This document shows, piece by piece, positions 1 through 19,099 of a stretch of 64,000 bases of DNA; position 1 is the first letter of the stretch; each line of letters begins with the position of its first letter. The DNA is from Podarcis muralis (lineage: Eukaryota). The stretch spans positions 44,950,001-45,014,000 of the forward strand of contig NC_135661.1 in assembly GCF_964188315.1 (NCBI RefSeq), in the 5' to 3' direction. The position numbers and the translations under genes are program-made. Below the pieces are notes generated by a model. The model had not been told where the DNA came from and ran no database searches. It saw nothing but the letters and a program-made list of their open reading frames with translations.

Positions 1-1130
1 CCTGAGACCTCTGCAAAGGAGTTGAAGTGTAATTTAGTCTTGAAGAATTCATGGGTAGCTTTTGTGTGAAAAGCCCTCTAACGAAGTTCACACATCCGAT
101 CTGTTTCAATAACCAAGTTCACATCAAGCCTGGTTCCAATCAATGTGGTTGCTGTTCTACTTGCTTCAGCGAGGTATGGCTGGATACAAGATGACCAAAT
201 TAGCCATTTCCTTTTAGGGTTTATGACGATCCACATGTGCTCTTATTTATATAAGATTTTTACAGTCCAAATTCATTTTGCAGTGGAGACTTGCATCAAT
301 CCTGACAGTGCTCCCTTTTTCTGTTTTCCACTACCATTAAGGACCATTTTTGTCATGGTTTCCTGCCATCTCCTTCCATCTCTGCTGATGTTTTCTACCA
401 TTTACAGCAGTTTTCCACCTGCCTCATAGACACAACACTGAACGTTAACACCCTGGTTGCTCCCACATTTTCTTTGAGAAGTTAGAATGTTCATGAAGAT
501 TCCACAACATCACCATCATACAGGGGCAGGGATGGCCAAAAGTGATGGTCAGATAGAATGTATTCATTTCATAGCATAACCTTTTGAGGCTGGCGAGTGC
601 CACATCTATTCATAGCAGGAGCCTTTGATAATGCCTTAAGGGCCAGTTCATGGATGAGTGATCAAGTTTAAGAGCATGTGAAAACGTATATACTTTGGCA
701 GTGGCCAGTGTGGCTCTAGTCAGCTGTGTAAACCTCCTTAATCTGGCTGCATTGATCTTTTAGAGCTCCTGGATGTTTGTATTTCACAAAACTCTTGAAA
801 AACCTGTCAAAGAGATAAGTTACTGTTGGCACCTATAACACTTTTTTGCCGCATGATTTGGACAGAACATTCAGAGGATGTGGCATTTAATGAGGAAGGG
901 AGCACAGACAGATTCGGTTCACTCATTTGTTCCATACCTGGCTGTTCAGCTATGATTTCTCTTTCCTTACCAACTCAAGGAAGCCAGTGCCACACACAGA
1001 GACCTGAATACATACCTACATTTACTGCACCTCTATCCAAGGTGCATTTGCCATGATGTGGCAGAAATTTATCACATACTCCAATACCATCATGCAAGTT
1101 GTTTGCCCTTCTCTACATCTATTTTAAAAA
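1..1130 (-). mobile_element. Highly degraded LINE fragment, RTE-like (tentative)
   Basis: Minus-strand translation gives stop-riddled patches resembling RTE ORFs (GALKDQ; ELALKALSKAPAM similar to EVxWALKALxxxKAPG; RIDA). No intact motif. Pattern recognition only. Confidence 0.3.
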
Positions 1131-1214
1131 AATTAAGTCTGCAGCCTCTGTGTCATCGGCTACCTTATTTTAACCAGATAAACTACCCTTAAAAATTAGG
1201 TAGTTTTTAGGTGG

Positions 1215-1405
1215 GTTTTTGTTGTTGCTGCTGTTATTGATTTTCAATTTTTGTATCTTTATTTTTAGATCTTACAATGATTTGTGTGGGAATTGTTCAA
1301 TTATGGATGTGTTTTATTTATTGCTTATGACTAGTCTTGTTATGTTTTGATTATGTAAATCTTTTCATGTTCATGTACGAAAGGCGGCATACAAATTAGA
1401 TGATG
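1215..1405 (+). mobile_element. Old L2 LINE 3' end remnant
   Basis: T-rich stretch ending gaaaggcggcatacaaat, resembling the ...gggcggggtataaat terminus of the intact L2 at about 9450. Confidence 0.4.
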
Positions 1406-2093
1406 ATTAAATGTTCTTCTACAAGAAATCCCAGGCTGGTGTCTGAATAGCCAAGATGATGAGCAATCCTATGCATTTGCTACAGGACATGTAGGTGCTC
1501 CCCCTCAGCACTCTTGTTAGCCTAAATGATGGGGGTGGGGTGTATGCGTATCTATCTAAGTGGGTGTGTTCTGGCTCCAGAAATCATTCCAGTGACTAAG
1601 TGCATCAGTGCTACTGAATATTCTTGACTGGGTAGAAGCACTTCTGGAGGGAGGGATGGGGGGTGGAACGACCCCACAGGAAGACCCAAGCAATGCTCCA
1701 ACTTTAGGGGATTGGCTAAAGTCGAGCCAAAAATGTGTGGCTGTCTGTTGCCAAGTACCTCAGAATCAGCCACTGCCACACCTAAGTTCCAACTGAAGGC
1801 AAGCTGGCGAAGGGAGAATAAAGAGGCTGATTGTACCAGGTCCACAGAAATCTCCTGTGAAGTAAATAAAGGCTTTGTGTACAAATGGAAGTGAGGAGAA
1901 GGAAAGTCTCAAAGAACGGTGTCTCCATCACAACAGCTTGCTGTGCTTTCAGTCACAGAAGACAGTAACCGCAGGTTGCTGGCCTCCAGAGACTTTCCCT
2001 GTAGCCTGACACTCAGAAAACTCCCTCTGAAGAAATGTGTGTGAGAAAGAAGAAGTTTGCTTCCCTCCTACAGTAAACCATGGCTGTTGCAAG

Positions 2094-5000
2094 CTAACTT
2101 TTCCTGAATGCCACACGCCTGTTCACATTCTCCGCTCCATATTTTGCCACTAGCTTGCTTCTGAGGTCTTCATCCCCCTTCAGCAAGTCCACATCATCCT
2201 GCCTGCTCCAAAGAGGGCAGCCACCCAAGGATTGCCCCGTCTGCAGGCAACATTCCACAGCTGCCACTTCCCCACTGGTTTTCAAAAAAGCTTGTGTCAC
2301 AGTTGTCAGGTCCACGTCAAACTTCTTCATGAAATATTTTATGTCCTCTACTGCCGTGGCCACCTCCACAGCTGAGGGAGCTGCAGGCTGTTGCTCTGCC
2401 ACTGGGGGCTGGCTTGGGGGCTCAGCAGAATCTCCACCAGATACAAACTCAAGCACCCTGATTTTGGGATTAGGAGGTGCTTCTTCTTCAGAGGTCTTGA
2501 GCTCCATGTGTTCTGAAAAGGTGTCTTCTGTGGAGCTGGGGCTCTCACTGTCTCCCTAGAAGGAAGGTGAATTAGGACAGTTCAAGATCACTGTTTCTTT
2601 CTAAATTTGTACTCTGATGGTGATGGGGCAATTCTGTTTTAGTCATTCCATCTCATACAAGATAGTGAAGGGTTAGAGAACGTACAGAAAAGAAAAAAAT
2701 GACAATGGGGTTGGAGAAGTTTCCCTCTGAGGCTTTTGAATCTGACAGGTGGACAAAGTTGACCAGCGGCCCCCTTTCCCACTAGAGTCCTTCGGCACTG
2801 CAGAAGCACAGCTTTTCTCTAATCAGCATGAAGCAAATTAAAAGGAAAGCTGCTTGGGTCTTACTCACAAGTAGCCCCACCAGTAAAGAGTCCGGCTGGG
2901 CTACAGGTAAAGATGGGCATCGAGGCTCGAGGCTCCCACTATAAGCCTCAGAGAGAGTCAGGAAAAGGAGCCAGAGCACGCCTCTTTTGGGAGTATATAA
3001 TACGGTAAGTTGTACCAGAGTGTGGTAGAGGTGGGTTATATTTTCCCCAACCCACCCCCACAGTTGAGCAGGGCTTCTCTGGTCTGAAAGAAGGCAGAGA
3101 GAGGAGTGCAGCCCTGCTCCTGAAGGCAGCAAGGAACAGCTGCTTCAACTCTGAAGAGCGAGAGACTCCATGACTGCAACACCAGACAACACACACTTCC
3201 TATAGTGCAGAATGGTCTAGCAATCAGCAAAGGTGAAATAGAAACATTAATCAGAAGCCTCCTTTGGCAGCTTCTACCTCTAAAATGGTTCCTGTTTAGC
3301 AGGCGGCATCATTAGTTAATTGGTTAATCCCTGTTCCCCATGTGCGGGAGGCGGGGAGGTTAATGACTAGTTCCTTCTCTGAAGCTGCAAGGAACATTTT
3401 TCCAATTAAAAGCACATGGCAATCCTGAAATGCCTCAAGGGTGTTTACTGGCACGCACACATCACAGACTGACACTGCAATGGAGGGAGTGGGTTGGATT
3501 GCTACATATACGGCCTGAAAAATATAAGGGGACAACACTGGAATGAACAGGTTGGCACACAGCACTGCCTATATCACCCAGAAAAAAGTGCCTTAATGAA
3601 ACCTAGCAATTCCAGGCTAAATAGCCAGTCACAAACAAGTTACGTTTGCCATTGTCCAAAGCCAAATATGTCAAATAAATGTACCGTAATCGGTTCTGCT
3701 TTTAGTCATTCTATAAGCTATGCTGAAACACTCAGTGGCACCTTATGCGAAGGCATCTGTACCCCATTGTCTTCAAATTCTTTGTTAGCTGTCTGGAAAA
3801 TGCTATGTACCTTTGATCCTTCCGCAGTGTGGCTTTGATCCTCTGGCTGGGGGACATCCTCGACTTCCTCACTTTGGGAGGCTGCTAAAGGCAAAGGTAT
3901 GTTGAGGTTCACTGTGACAAAAGTCATCCAAGCCACATTTCCCACCCTTGTGATGATGCATCAATTACCACCTTGGTGCCATGGGCCCTTGAAAAATGGG
4001 AGAAGGAAATGGCAGCTTCAGGTCCTGAGGCCCCACTGGCCTCAGCTAGCTAATGGAGTGGGGAATGCTGGGTTTTTCCAATGCTTGATTTATTTATTCC
4101 CCACCCCCCATATGTAAGGTTGTGATTGTGCAGCTAAAGTGAGTGTAAGCTGCAGGCCCACTGCACTGCAAAAAAGCCCTCTTTTCCAGAGCAAACAAAG
4201 GGTCAGTTAGGCTGGGGACTGAGATATGAAAGCTAGGAGCTAAATGGCACCTTAAACCTAGGTTATAGGTGCAACAACAGAATGTCTAGGTATGCTCTTT
4301 AATAACAAGAATACAAAGCTGAAAATGAATGAACTGCAGCTAAAATATTATGTTCGATTTTCACATGGTCTAGTCCTTCCCCTGCCCACCCCACCCCCTA
4401 ATATTCTTATGAGGGTCTCTTCTCCAGTCTTCAGAGAGTAACTGGATGTGGGGAGGCAGAAAAAGGTCCTGCTTTCTTTTCTGAAATCTTTAGGCGCAGT
4501 ACTGCACCCAGAGCTCAGAAACGGCTCACACTAATGAAATTTCCTGTCGCAAAATGCACCTAAAACACTGGGAGTTTTGAACACTGGCTGGGGAAGACCC
4601 TCACACAAGTCAGAAGGAGCAGCACTTGAACAGGCAAGAAGCCCAAGGATTTGAAGAACCCTAAGGGTAGAGTGGATACCCCTCCAAAGGGGTGATCATG
4701 GGCTGGGAAACTGGAGCCGGGGGGGGGGGGATACTCAAAGACAGTAGGGAGTTGAACACGGGTAGTGGGGAAGAAGAGAGGAGTGAAAGGTGTGTGTGTG
4801 CATGAAACACTTGCACACTCACAGGGGAAGTACTTGGCAGGTCACCAGCAGGCAGAAGCAGTAGCTTGAAAGCATATGAGGTGTCATGAGGAAATGGCAG
4901 GCAGAAGCCCAGTGTTGACCAAAGGCAGGACTGAGAAGGAAGGAGGAGAGGAAGCTACTTTAATAGACTTTGAATTATGTTCCATGATAGGGCTTGGAGG

Positions 5001-8000
5001 CAGAAAATGTGTGAAGAGAAGGCAGGAGGAAAGAACCCCAAAGGTGAGAATTTTGCCCATGGGGGCTCCTTTGGCCAACACCTCCTTTGGCCAACACCTG
5101 GCCAAAGTCTCATTTCCGGGCAATATAGAAGCCCAGAGGGGACAACAACCTGCAAGATGAGTGGCAGTATTTGACAACCAGGAAGGTGGAAGCAGGAGGT
5201 GGGCCAGGGTGCCCCAGACAAGCTGCCTCACCATAATGTAGCAGTGATGCCAGATATGGCCGGCTAGTGGCTTGCCAAAGCTTGCTGCCTTCTGGCTAGG
5301 AAAGCATCCTTCTGCCAGGCCTTACTTACAGGACGGCTGCTGTTGCTGCTTGTGTGAGTGTTGGGAAGACTGCTCCCTCCTTTGCCAACTCCATCCGGCC
5401 TAGGGGGCAGACCTGCACTCACTGCCAGGGCCTCCATCAAGACCTCCGGGACACGGCTGCTGTTGCTGCTTGCGTGAGTGTTGGGAGGACCGCTCCCTTT
5501 TCTGCCAACTCCATCTGGCCTAGGGGCGGGGCCTGCACTCACTGCCACAGCATAAGAGGCCTGAGAGAGGCCCCCGGGACACGGCTGCTGTTGCTGCTTG
5601 TGTGAGTGTTGGGAAGACTGCTCCCTCCTTTGCCAACTCCATCCGGCCTAGGGGGCAGGACCTGCACTCACTGCCAGGGCCTCCATCAAGACCTCCGGGA
5701 CACGGCTGCTGTTGTTGCTTGTGTGAGTGTTGGGAGGACCGCTCCCTTTTCTGCCAACTCCATCTGGCCTAGGGGCGGGGCCTGCACTCACTGCCACAGC
5801 ATAAGAGGCCTGAGAGAGGCCCCCGGGACACGGCTGCTGTTGCTGCTTGTGTGAGTGTTGGGAAGACTGCTCCCTCCTTTGCCAACTCCATCCGGCCTAG
5901 GGGGCAGGACCTGCACTCACTGCCAGGGCCTCCATCAAGACCTCCGGGACACGGCTGCTGTTGCTGCTTGCGTGAGTGTTGGGAGGACCGCTCCCTTTTC
6001 TGCCAACTCCATCTGGCCTAGGGGCGGGGCCTGCACTCACCGCCACAGCATAAGAGGCCTGAACAGCTACTGGCAGCAATGGACAAAATGGTTTTAAATG
6101 TTTTAATTGTTTTTAATTTGCAGCACTTTAAATGGTGGTTGTTGTTTTTTATAATATTATATTATTTTATTATTTTATTTTTGCTTGGGGGGGGGATAAG
6201 CATTTAGTCAGCGCTATTGTTTCTTGCTTTGTTTTGTTCTGTTTTGTTTTATTATTATCATTATTATTCTGTTAAATTATTATATAATTTGTATTTTGCT
6301 TTTTAAGGGGTGGGGTCAGGGCTGCCTGGGAGTGGGTCCCAGCAAACAAAATGGCTGGGGCATGTTCCACAGGGGGGGATGCACTGGGACAACCGATCTC
6401 AGTGATCATGGGTAGGAGGAGGAGTTACGCTAAGACCAGACCATGTCATTACAGAGGAGGCAGGTTTAGTCGTTGTCTGAGGACTATCCCTGCCTCCAGG
6501 TCTGGTCCTGACCGGAAGGATACTGGAATCAGCAAGGGAAACCCACATGACCTGAAAGTGTTGCTGTGCAATGCCAGGTCAATGATGAATAAAACCACTG
6601 CCATCCACGACCTGATTGTGGATGGAGGATTTGACCTGGCATGTGTGACAGAGACCTGGTTGGATGAAGCAGATGGGCCTGTCCTTGCCGCTGCTTGCCC
6701 ACCAGGTTTCTCTTACGCACAGCAACCCAGGTCATGTGGGCGGGGAGGGGGGGTTGCAGTGATTTTTAGGAAGTCATTAGTCTGCACCAGGCGTCCTATT
6801 GGGAAGACCCAGTTCTCTGAGTGCATGTTCTGGAAGTTGGGCAATAGGGGCAGTACAGGATTCCTACTGGTGTACCGACCTCCCCGCTGCACCAAGGATT
6901 CCCTGCCCGAGCTGCTTCAGGTCGTGGCGGATATGCTCCTGGAGACACCTAGCTTGGTTGTCCTGGGGGATTTTAACATCCATGCCGACACGACCTTACA
7001 AGGGGCCGCTCGGGACTTCGTGGAAAGCATGGCCTCCATGGGGCTGTCCCTGAATAAGTTTGGCCCAACTCATAGCCATGGACATGCCTTAGACTTGGTG
7101 TTCACCTCTATGGATGCTGGTGATCTGACACTAACTAAAAGCGAAACAAAAGAAGTGCCATGGTCAGATCACTTCCTGGTGCAACTGGACTTCTCCGCAA
7201 CCCTTCCCCTCTGCAGGGAGGTGGGACCAATTCAGATGGTCCGCCCCCGCCACTTAATGGATCCAATTGGCTTCCAGAGAGTGGTAGGGGATGCTTTATC
7301 CCAAGTTGATGGCCTTTCAGCTGATTCCCTGGTGGCACGCTGGAATGCGGAGTTAACCAGGGCTATTGACTGTCTGGCTCCGAAGCGCCCTCTCCGATTG
7401 CATGGAGCCCGGACAGCCCCGTGGTTTTCCCCGGAGCTGAGGGTGATGAAACAATCGTTGAGACGGCTAGAGCGCCGGTGGCGGAAAACTCATTCTGAAT
7501 CAGACCGGACACGGGCTAGAGCTCAACGTCGAGCCTACCAAGTGGCAATGGCGACGGCGAAGAGGGCCTTCTTCGCTGCCTCCATAGCATCTGCAGAAAA
7601 CAGCAGCAGGAGACTTTTTCAGGTGGTTCGCAATCTATCGGAACCACCTGTACCACCGGGGCCTGGTAGGGACCCCAAGATCTCCTGCAATGCTTTTGCA
7701 AAGTTTTTTGCAGATAAAATCGCTCAGATTCAGAAGGAGGTAGACTCCACCGTGGGAGCAGGGCCAGGGCGGGAGAGTGCTAGAGTTCTGTCTGGTCCTG
7801 TTACATGGGATCAATTCCAGTCTGTTACCTCCGAGGATGTGGACAGGCTGCTTGGAAAAGTGAAACCGACCACCTGTCTCCTTGATCCTTGCCCATCCTG
7901 GCTGATAAAAGCGAGCCGGGAAGGGCTGGGCGATGGGCTCTGCGGGGTGGTGAATGCTTCCCTCTGTGAGGGAGCCTTCCCAGACCCGCTGAAAGAGGCG

Positions 8001-10265
8001 GTCATTAAACCGCTTCTTAAAAAAACATCTTTAGACCCGGCCAATTTGGCCAACTATCGCCCAGTCTCAAATCTACCATTCTTGGGCAAGGTGATTGAGC
8101 GGGTGGTTGCTGAACAACTCCAAGCACGCCTGGAGGAAACGGACCATTTGGATCCCTTCCAATCGGGATTCAGGTCTCACCATGGGACTGAAACTGCCTT
8201 GGTCGCGCTGGTTGATGATCTCCGGCGGGCTAGGGACAAAGGTGAGAGCTGTTTCCTAGTTCTGCTGGATCTCTCAGCGGCCTTTGACACCATCGACCAT
8301 AACATCCTTCTGGACCGTCTAGAGGGGCTGGGAGCTGGGGGCACTGTCATACAGTGGTTCCGCTCCTTCCTCCTGGGTCGTGTCCAGAAAGTGGTGGTGG
8401 GGGATGAGTGCTCAGACCCCTGGGCTCTCACTTGTGGGGTGCCTCAGGGTTCTGTCCTCTCCCCCATGCTTTTTAATATCTATATGAAGCCGCTGGGAGA
8501 GATCATCAGGGGGTTTGGACTGGGTGTTCATCAGTACGCAGATGACACCCAGCTCTACCTCTCCTTTAAATCAGAACCAGTGAGGGCGGTGAAGGTCCTG
8601 TGTGAGTGCCTGGAGGCGGTTGGAGGATGGATGGCGGCTAACAGACTGAGGTTGAATCCTGACAAGACAGAAGTACTGTTTTTGGGGGACAGGGAGCGGG
8701 TTGGTGTGGGGGATTCCCTGGTCTTGAATGGGGTAACTGTGCCCCTAAAGGACCAGGTGCGTAGCCTGGGAGTCATTTTGGACTCACAGCTGTCCATGGA
8801 GGCGCAGGTTAACTCTGTGTCCAGGGCAGCTGTCTACCAGCTCCACCTGGTACGCAGGCTAAGACCCTACCTGCCCGCGAACTGTCTCGCCAGAGTGGTG
8901 CATGCTCTAGTTATCTCACGCTTGGACTACTGCAACGCGCTCTACGTGGGGCTACCTTTGAAGGTGACCCGGAAACTGCAATTAATCCAGAATGCGGCAG
9001 CTAGACTGGTGACTGGGAGTGGCCGCCGGGACCATATAACACCGGTTCTGAGAGACCTGCATTGGCTCCCAGTACGTTTCCGAGCACGATTCAAAGTGTT
9101 GGTGCTGACCTTTAAAGCCCTAAACGGCCTCGGTCCTGTATACCTGAAGGAGCGTCTCCACCCCCATCATTCAGCCCGGACACTGAGATCCAGCGCCGAG
9201 GGCCTTCTGGCGGTTCCCTCATTGCGAGAAGTGAGGCTACAGGGAACCAGACAGAGGGCCTTCTCGGTAGTGGCGCCCGCCCTGTGGAACGCCCTCCCAT
9301 TAGATGTCAAAGAGATAAATAATTACCTGATATTCAGAAGACATCTTAAGGCAGCCCTGTTCAGGGAAGTTTTTAATATGTAATGCTGTACTGTTTTTAA
9401 CACTGATTGGGAGCCGCCCAGAGTGGCTGGGGAAACTCAGCCAGATGGGCGGGGTATAAATAATAAATTATTATTATTATTATTACTGCTTCTGACTGGC
9501 AGCAGTGACTCTCTGTATGGCTTCAGGCAGGACTCCTTCCCAGCCCTAGATGGAGATGATGCCAGGGTCTGAACCAGGGACACTTTCTACTTGCCAAGCA
9601 GGTGCTCTGATCCTGTGCTGCGGCAGGAGGCCTTTTGGCCCATTCCAGCTAAAGCAGCCCTGCTTACCAGCAGCAGATTCAGACGAGCTTCTGAGCTTGC
9701 GTCTCTGGGCGGGCAGGACGAGGTCTTCCTTGCCCCGCAGGTGCTTCAGGTAGCGGTCGCGCATGGCCTGCCAGGAGTGCCGAGTGACCCGGGCCGCCTC
9801 CATCTCCTTCCAGACAGCGTTGCCACTGCCGGCTGCCTGCCTGCCGCTGCTGCCTCCCTTGCTCCTCCGCAGGTGCAGCAAGATGGCCCGGTCTTCCACC
9901 TCGCTGAAGGGCAGGCGGCCCTCGGCAGCGCCCGTGTCCGCGGTGACCGGCGGTGGTTGCAGGCGGTATGTCTCCAGCGGCAGGAGCTCCTGGCGGGCCA
10001 CGCAGTCGGCGACGTAGCTGGCGGAGATGAAGACCCCCGAGGTTCTCGGCGGCACCTCTCCCGGCCGGGCCAGCAGCACCCCGCCCGGCTCCTGCACGCG
10101 GCACAGGCGCCCGCCGTGGCGCACGATCAGCGGGGCCAGCTCCACCTTGGCCGCCCCGGGGCGCACGTAGAAGCTCAGGGGGCTGCCGTCCTCCCGCTGG
10201 AAGAACAGCCGAGGCTGCCGGGCAGAGCCATCCGGCTCCCCCTCGGCCTCCGCTGTGCCCAGCAT
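2094..10265 (-). CDS. TERF2IP: Telomeric repeat-binding factor 2-interacting protein 1 (RAP1), 3 coding exons, about 393 aa
   Basis: Exons 10265-9668 (BRCT-like LFFQREDGSPLSFYVRPG; Myb RLPFSEVEDRAIL...HSWQAMRDRYLKHL), 3884-3763 (IFQTANKEFED) and 2555-2094 (RCT domain KFDVDLTTVTQAFLKTSGE...WSRQDDVDL...VAFRKS, stop). GT-AG introns, phases 1 and 0, frame continuous. Exon 2 boundaries are the least certain (NAGNAG acceptor). Confidence 0.95.
5333..6062. repeat. Higher-order tandem array: alternating about 120/121-bp (A) and 128-bp (B) monomers, (AB)x3, period about 249 bp
   Basis: Monomer start ACGGCTGCTGTTG(C/T)TGCTTG recurs at 5333, 5453, 5581, 5702, 5830 and 5951. Copies are nearly identical. 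Confidence 0.95.
6300..9485 (+). mobile_element. Young L2 LINE in TERF2IP intron 1, antisense to the host; 5' boundary uncertain
   Basis: Intact ORF2, short 3' UTR with GCCGCCC...GGGCGGGG hairpin-like end, and (TTA)n tail at about 9467-9485. Confidence 0.88.
6408..9383 (+). CDS. L2-clade LINE ORF2: AP endonuclease plus reverse transcriptase, uninterrupted
   Basis: Open frame 6351-9383 (1010 aa; either ATG 6351 or 6408). APE motifs NARS, VTETWL, YRPP, GDFN, SDH. RT motifs NYRPVSNL, QSGFR, DLSAAFDTIDH, GVPQGSVLSP, YADD. Confidence 0.93.
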   Translation: MGRRRSYAKTRPCHYRGGRFSRCLRTIPASRSGPDRKDTGISKGNPHDLKVLLCNARSMMNKTTAIHDLIVDGGFDLACVTETWLDEADGPVLAAACPPGFSYAQQPRSCGRGGGVAVIFRKSLVCTRRPIGKTQFSECMFWKLGNRGSTGFLLVYRPPRCTKDSLPELLQVVADMLLETPSLVVLGDFNIHADTTLQGAARDFVESMASMGLSLNKFGPTHSHGHALDLVFTSMDAGDLTLTKSETKEVPWSDHFLVQLDFSATLPLCREVGPIQMVRPRHLMDPIGFQRVVGDALSQVDGLSADSLVARWNAELTRAIDCLAPKRPLRLHGARTAPWFSPELRVMKQSLRRLERRWRKTHSESDRTRARAQRRAYQVAMATAKRAFFAASIASAENSSRRLFQVVRNLSEPPVPPGPGRDPKISCNAFAKFFADKIAQIQKEVDSTVGAGPGRESARVLSGPVTWDQFQSVTSEDVDRLLGKVKPTTCLLDPCPSWLIKASREGLGDGLCGVVNASLCEGAFPDPLKEAVIKPLLKKTSLDPANLANYRPVSNLPFLGKVIERVVAEQLQARLEETDHLDPFQSGFRSHHGTETALVALVDDLRRARDKGESCFLVLLDLSAAFDTIDHNILLDRLEGLGAGGTVIQWFRSFLLGRVQKVVVGDECSDPWALTCGVPQGSVLSPMLFNIYMKPLGEIIRGFGLGVHQYADDTQLYLSFKSEPVRAVKVLCECLEAVGGWMAANRLRLNPDKTEVLFLGDRERVGVGDSLVLNGVTVPLKDQVRSLGVILDSQLSMEAQVNSVSRAAVYQLHLVRRLRPYLPANCLARVVHALVISRLDYCNALYVGLPLKVTRKLQLIQNAAARLVTGSGRRDHITPVLRDLHWLPVRFRARFKVLVLTFKALNGLGPVYLKERLHPHHSARTLRSSAEGLLAVPSLREVRLQGTRQRAFSVVAPALWNALPLDVKEINNYLIFRRHLKAALFREVFNM
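9486..9630 (-). mobile_element. Partial tRNA-derived SINE (Squam2-like), degraded
   Basis: ctgactggcagc...ttcaggcagga...cccagcccta...ggagatg...ccaggg..tgaacc is the reverse complement of the SINE body seen at 55245-55430. Confidence 0.55.
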
Positions 10266-10647
10266 CGTCCGGACAGCTGGGGCTGCAGCGGAAGGACGAG
10301 CCCCGCAACCGGCTGCTCGGGCCCCCCAATTCCCACCCGACGCCGCCTACGGGCTGCTCTGCCCGGAAAGGAAATGGCACTCTGCACGCGCTCAGGGGCA
10401 CCCGCGTGCTCAGATTAGGGGCGGGGCGACTTGACCCGTTGCACTCCGCCCACTCCCCCCTTCAACGGCGGCGGCAACGTACCGGAAAGTTTCCTTTTGC
10501 GGCCGCCGCGCTCCAGTTTGCGCAGACGCGGACGGTGCTTCGTCGAGGAAGGGCGTGGCGCCGCTTGCGGTAAAAGCGGCTGCTGACCCAGAAGTGCTTT
10601 CGCTTTTGTTTCCTGTGGGGTGGAAGAAGCACCTGTCGGCCCTGAAG
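10266..10647. promoter_or_regulatory. Bidirectional CpG-island promoter TERF2IP/KARS1
   Basis: 382 bp between divergent ATGs, CpG-rich, GC box GGGGCGGGGC at about 10417, YY1-like AAGATGGCGGC overlapping the KARS1 ATG. Head-to-head RAP1/KARS arrangement is known in vertebrates. Confidence 0.85.
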
Positions 10648-18217
<7,570 letters not shown>

Positions 18218-19099
18218 CCCAAAAGGCTGCATTAGGGGGCAGAGGCTGTCCTAGGCCTTTGAACATGCCAGGACATGCTTCTGTATTTTACAGTCATGAA
18301 TAAAGGAGCTGTGCTATTGCTGTTTGCTATGAATTTGTCCTTTCATGATTTCTGGGGGAAGCGTAGAAAGGCCCCCTCCCCTGCGTATGGGGCACAGCAG
18401 CTGCGACTGGCCTGGGCCATTATGTCTCCCCTCAGATTCTACTTGTCTTTAACGGTTATTTTGAAAGCACGAAGTGTCTTGGGAATGTCATGCTGTCTTC
18501 GGAGCCATATGAAGAATGATGGACATTAGGGAATCTGCTCAGTGTCTGGGCGAATGAGCATAACCATGGTTGCAAACATCAGAAGTAAAATGTCAAAGCC
18601 CAGCTCCCTGTTGATTTCTAACCAGCATATAGTGAAAGGGGCAGGATGTCAAGAAAGAACCTAGCTTAGTTTGCCGTGGCGTCCACCCTGCTGGGGTCAC
18701 CTGCCTTTTCCAGATGAAAGGCTATGTTGCCTTCCTTGGCATTTATTATTATGTTGCATTCCTCCAGCTGTCTTGCATTTGTTGCTACTTTCTGAGAAAT
18801 GGCCTGTGGTGTTACTATGTTGCCATTATGTGATTCCCTTTTAACAAAACCTATGAGCCTTCCTCCAGTCTTCATTGATTTATTCCTTTATACTTATTAG
18901 AAGTTGGGAGATGAACGGAAAGCCACACGGTAGCCCCTTCAAGCACAGGGGAGCGGGGCTTCGCTGCTTGAGTTTTCTGAGCTGAGCCCGTGATGCTCTT
19001 CTGAAATGCCTGGGTCGCCCGAGATGATGTAAAAAATAACCAGGAAGTCCACCCTGCAGATAAATGAGCGGTCACTCTACACCTTATTGCCTCTAGGAT

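Noticed and set aside
5333-6062. Tandem array as a CRISPR-like repeat-spacer locus
   Set aside because: Units are long and near-identical with no unique spacers, there are no cas genes, and the context is vertebrate.
4853-9494. 11-bp inverted pair CAGAAGCAGTA (4853) / TACTGCTTCTG (9484) enclosing the array and L2, suggesting a composite TIR element
   Set aside because: The right copy is explained by the L2 tail joining the adjacent SINE remnant. No TSD flanks the pair; probably chance.
9591-10418. 275-aa plus-strand ORF and other long ORFs overlapping TERF2IP exon 1
   Set aside because: Antisense or off-frame shadows of a GC-rich coding exon; no domain motifs.
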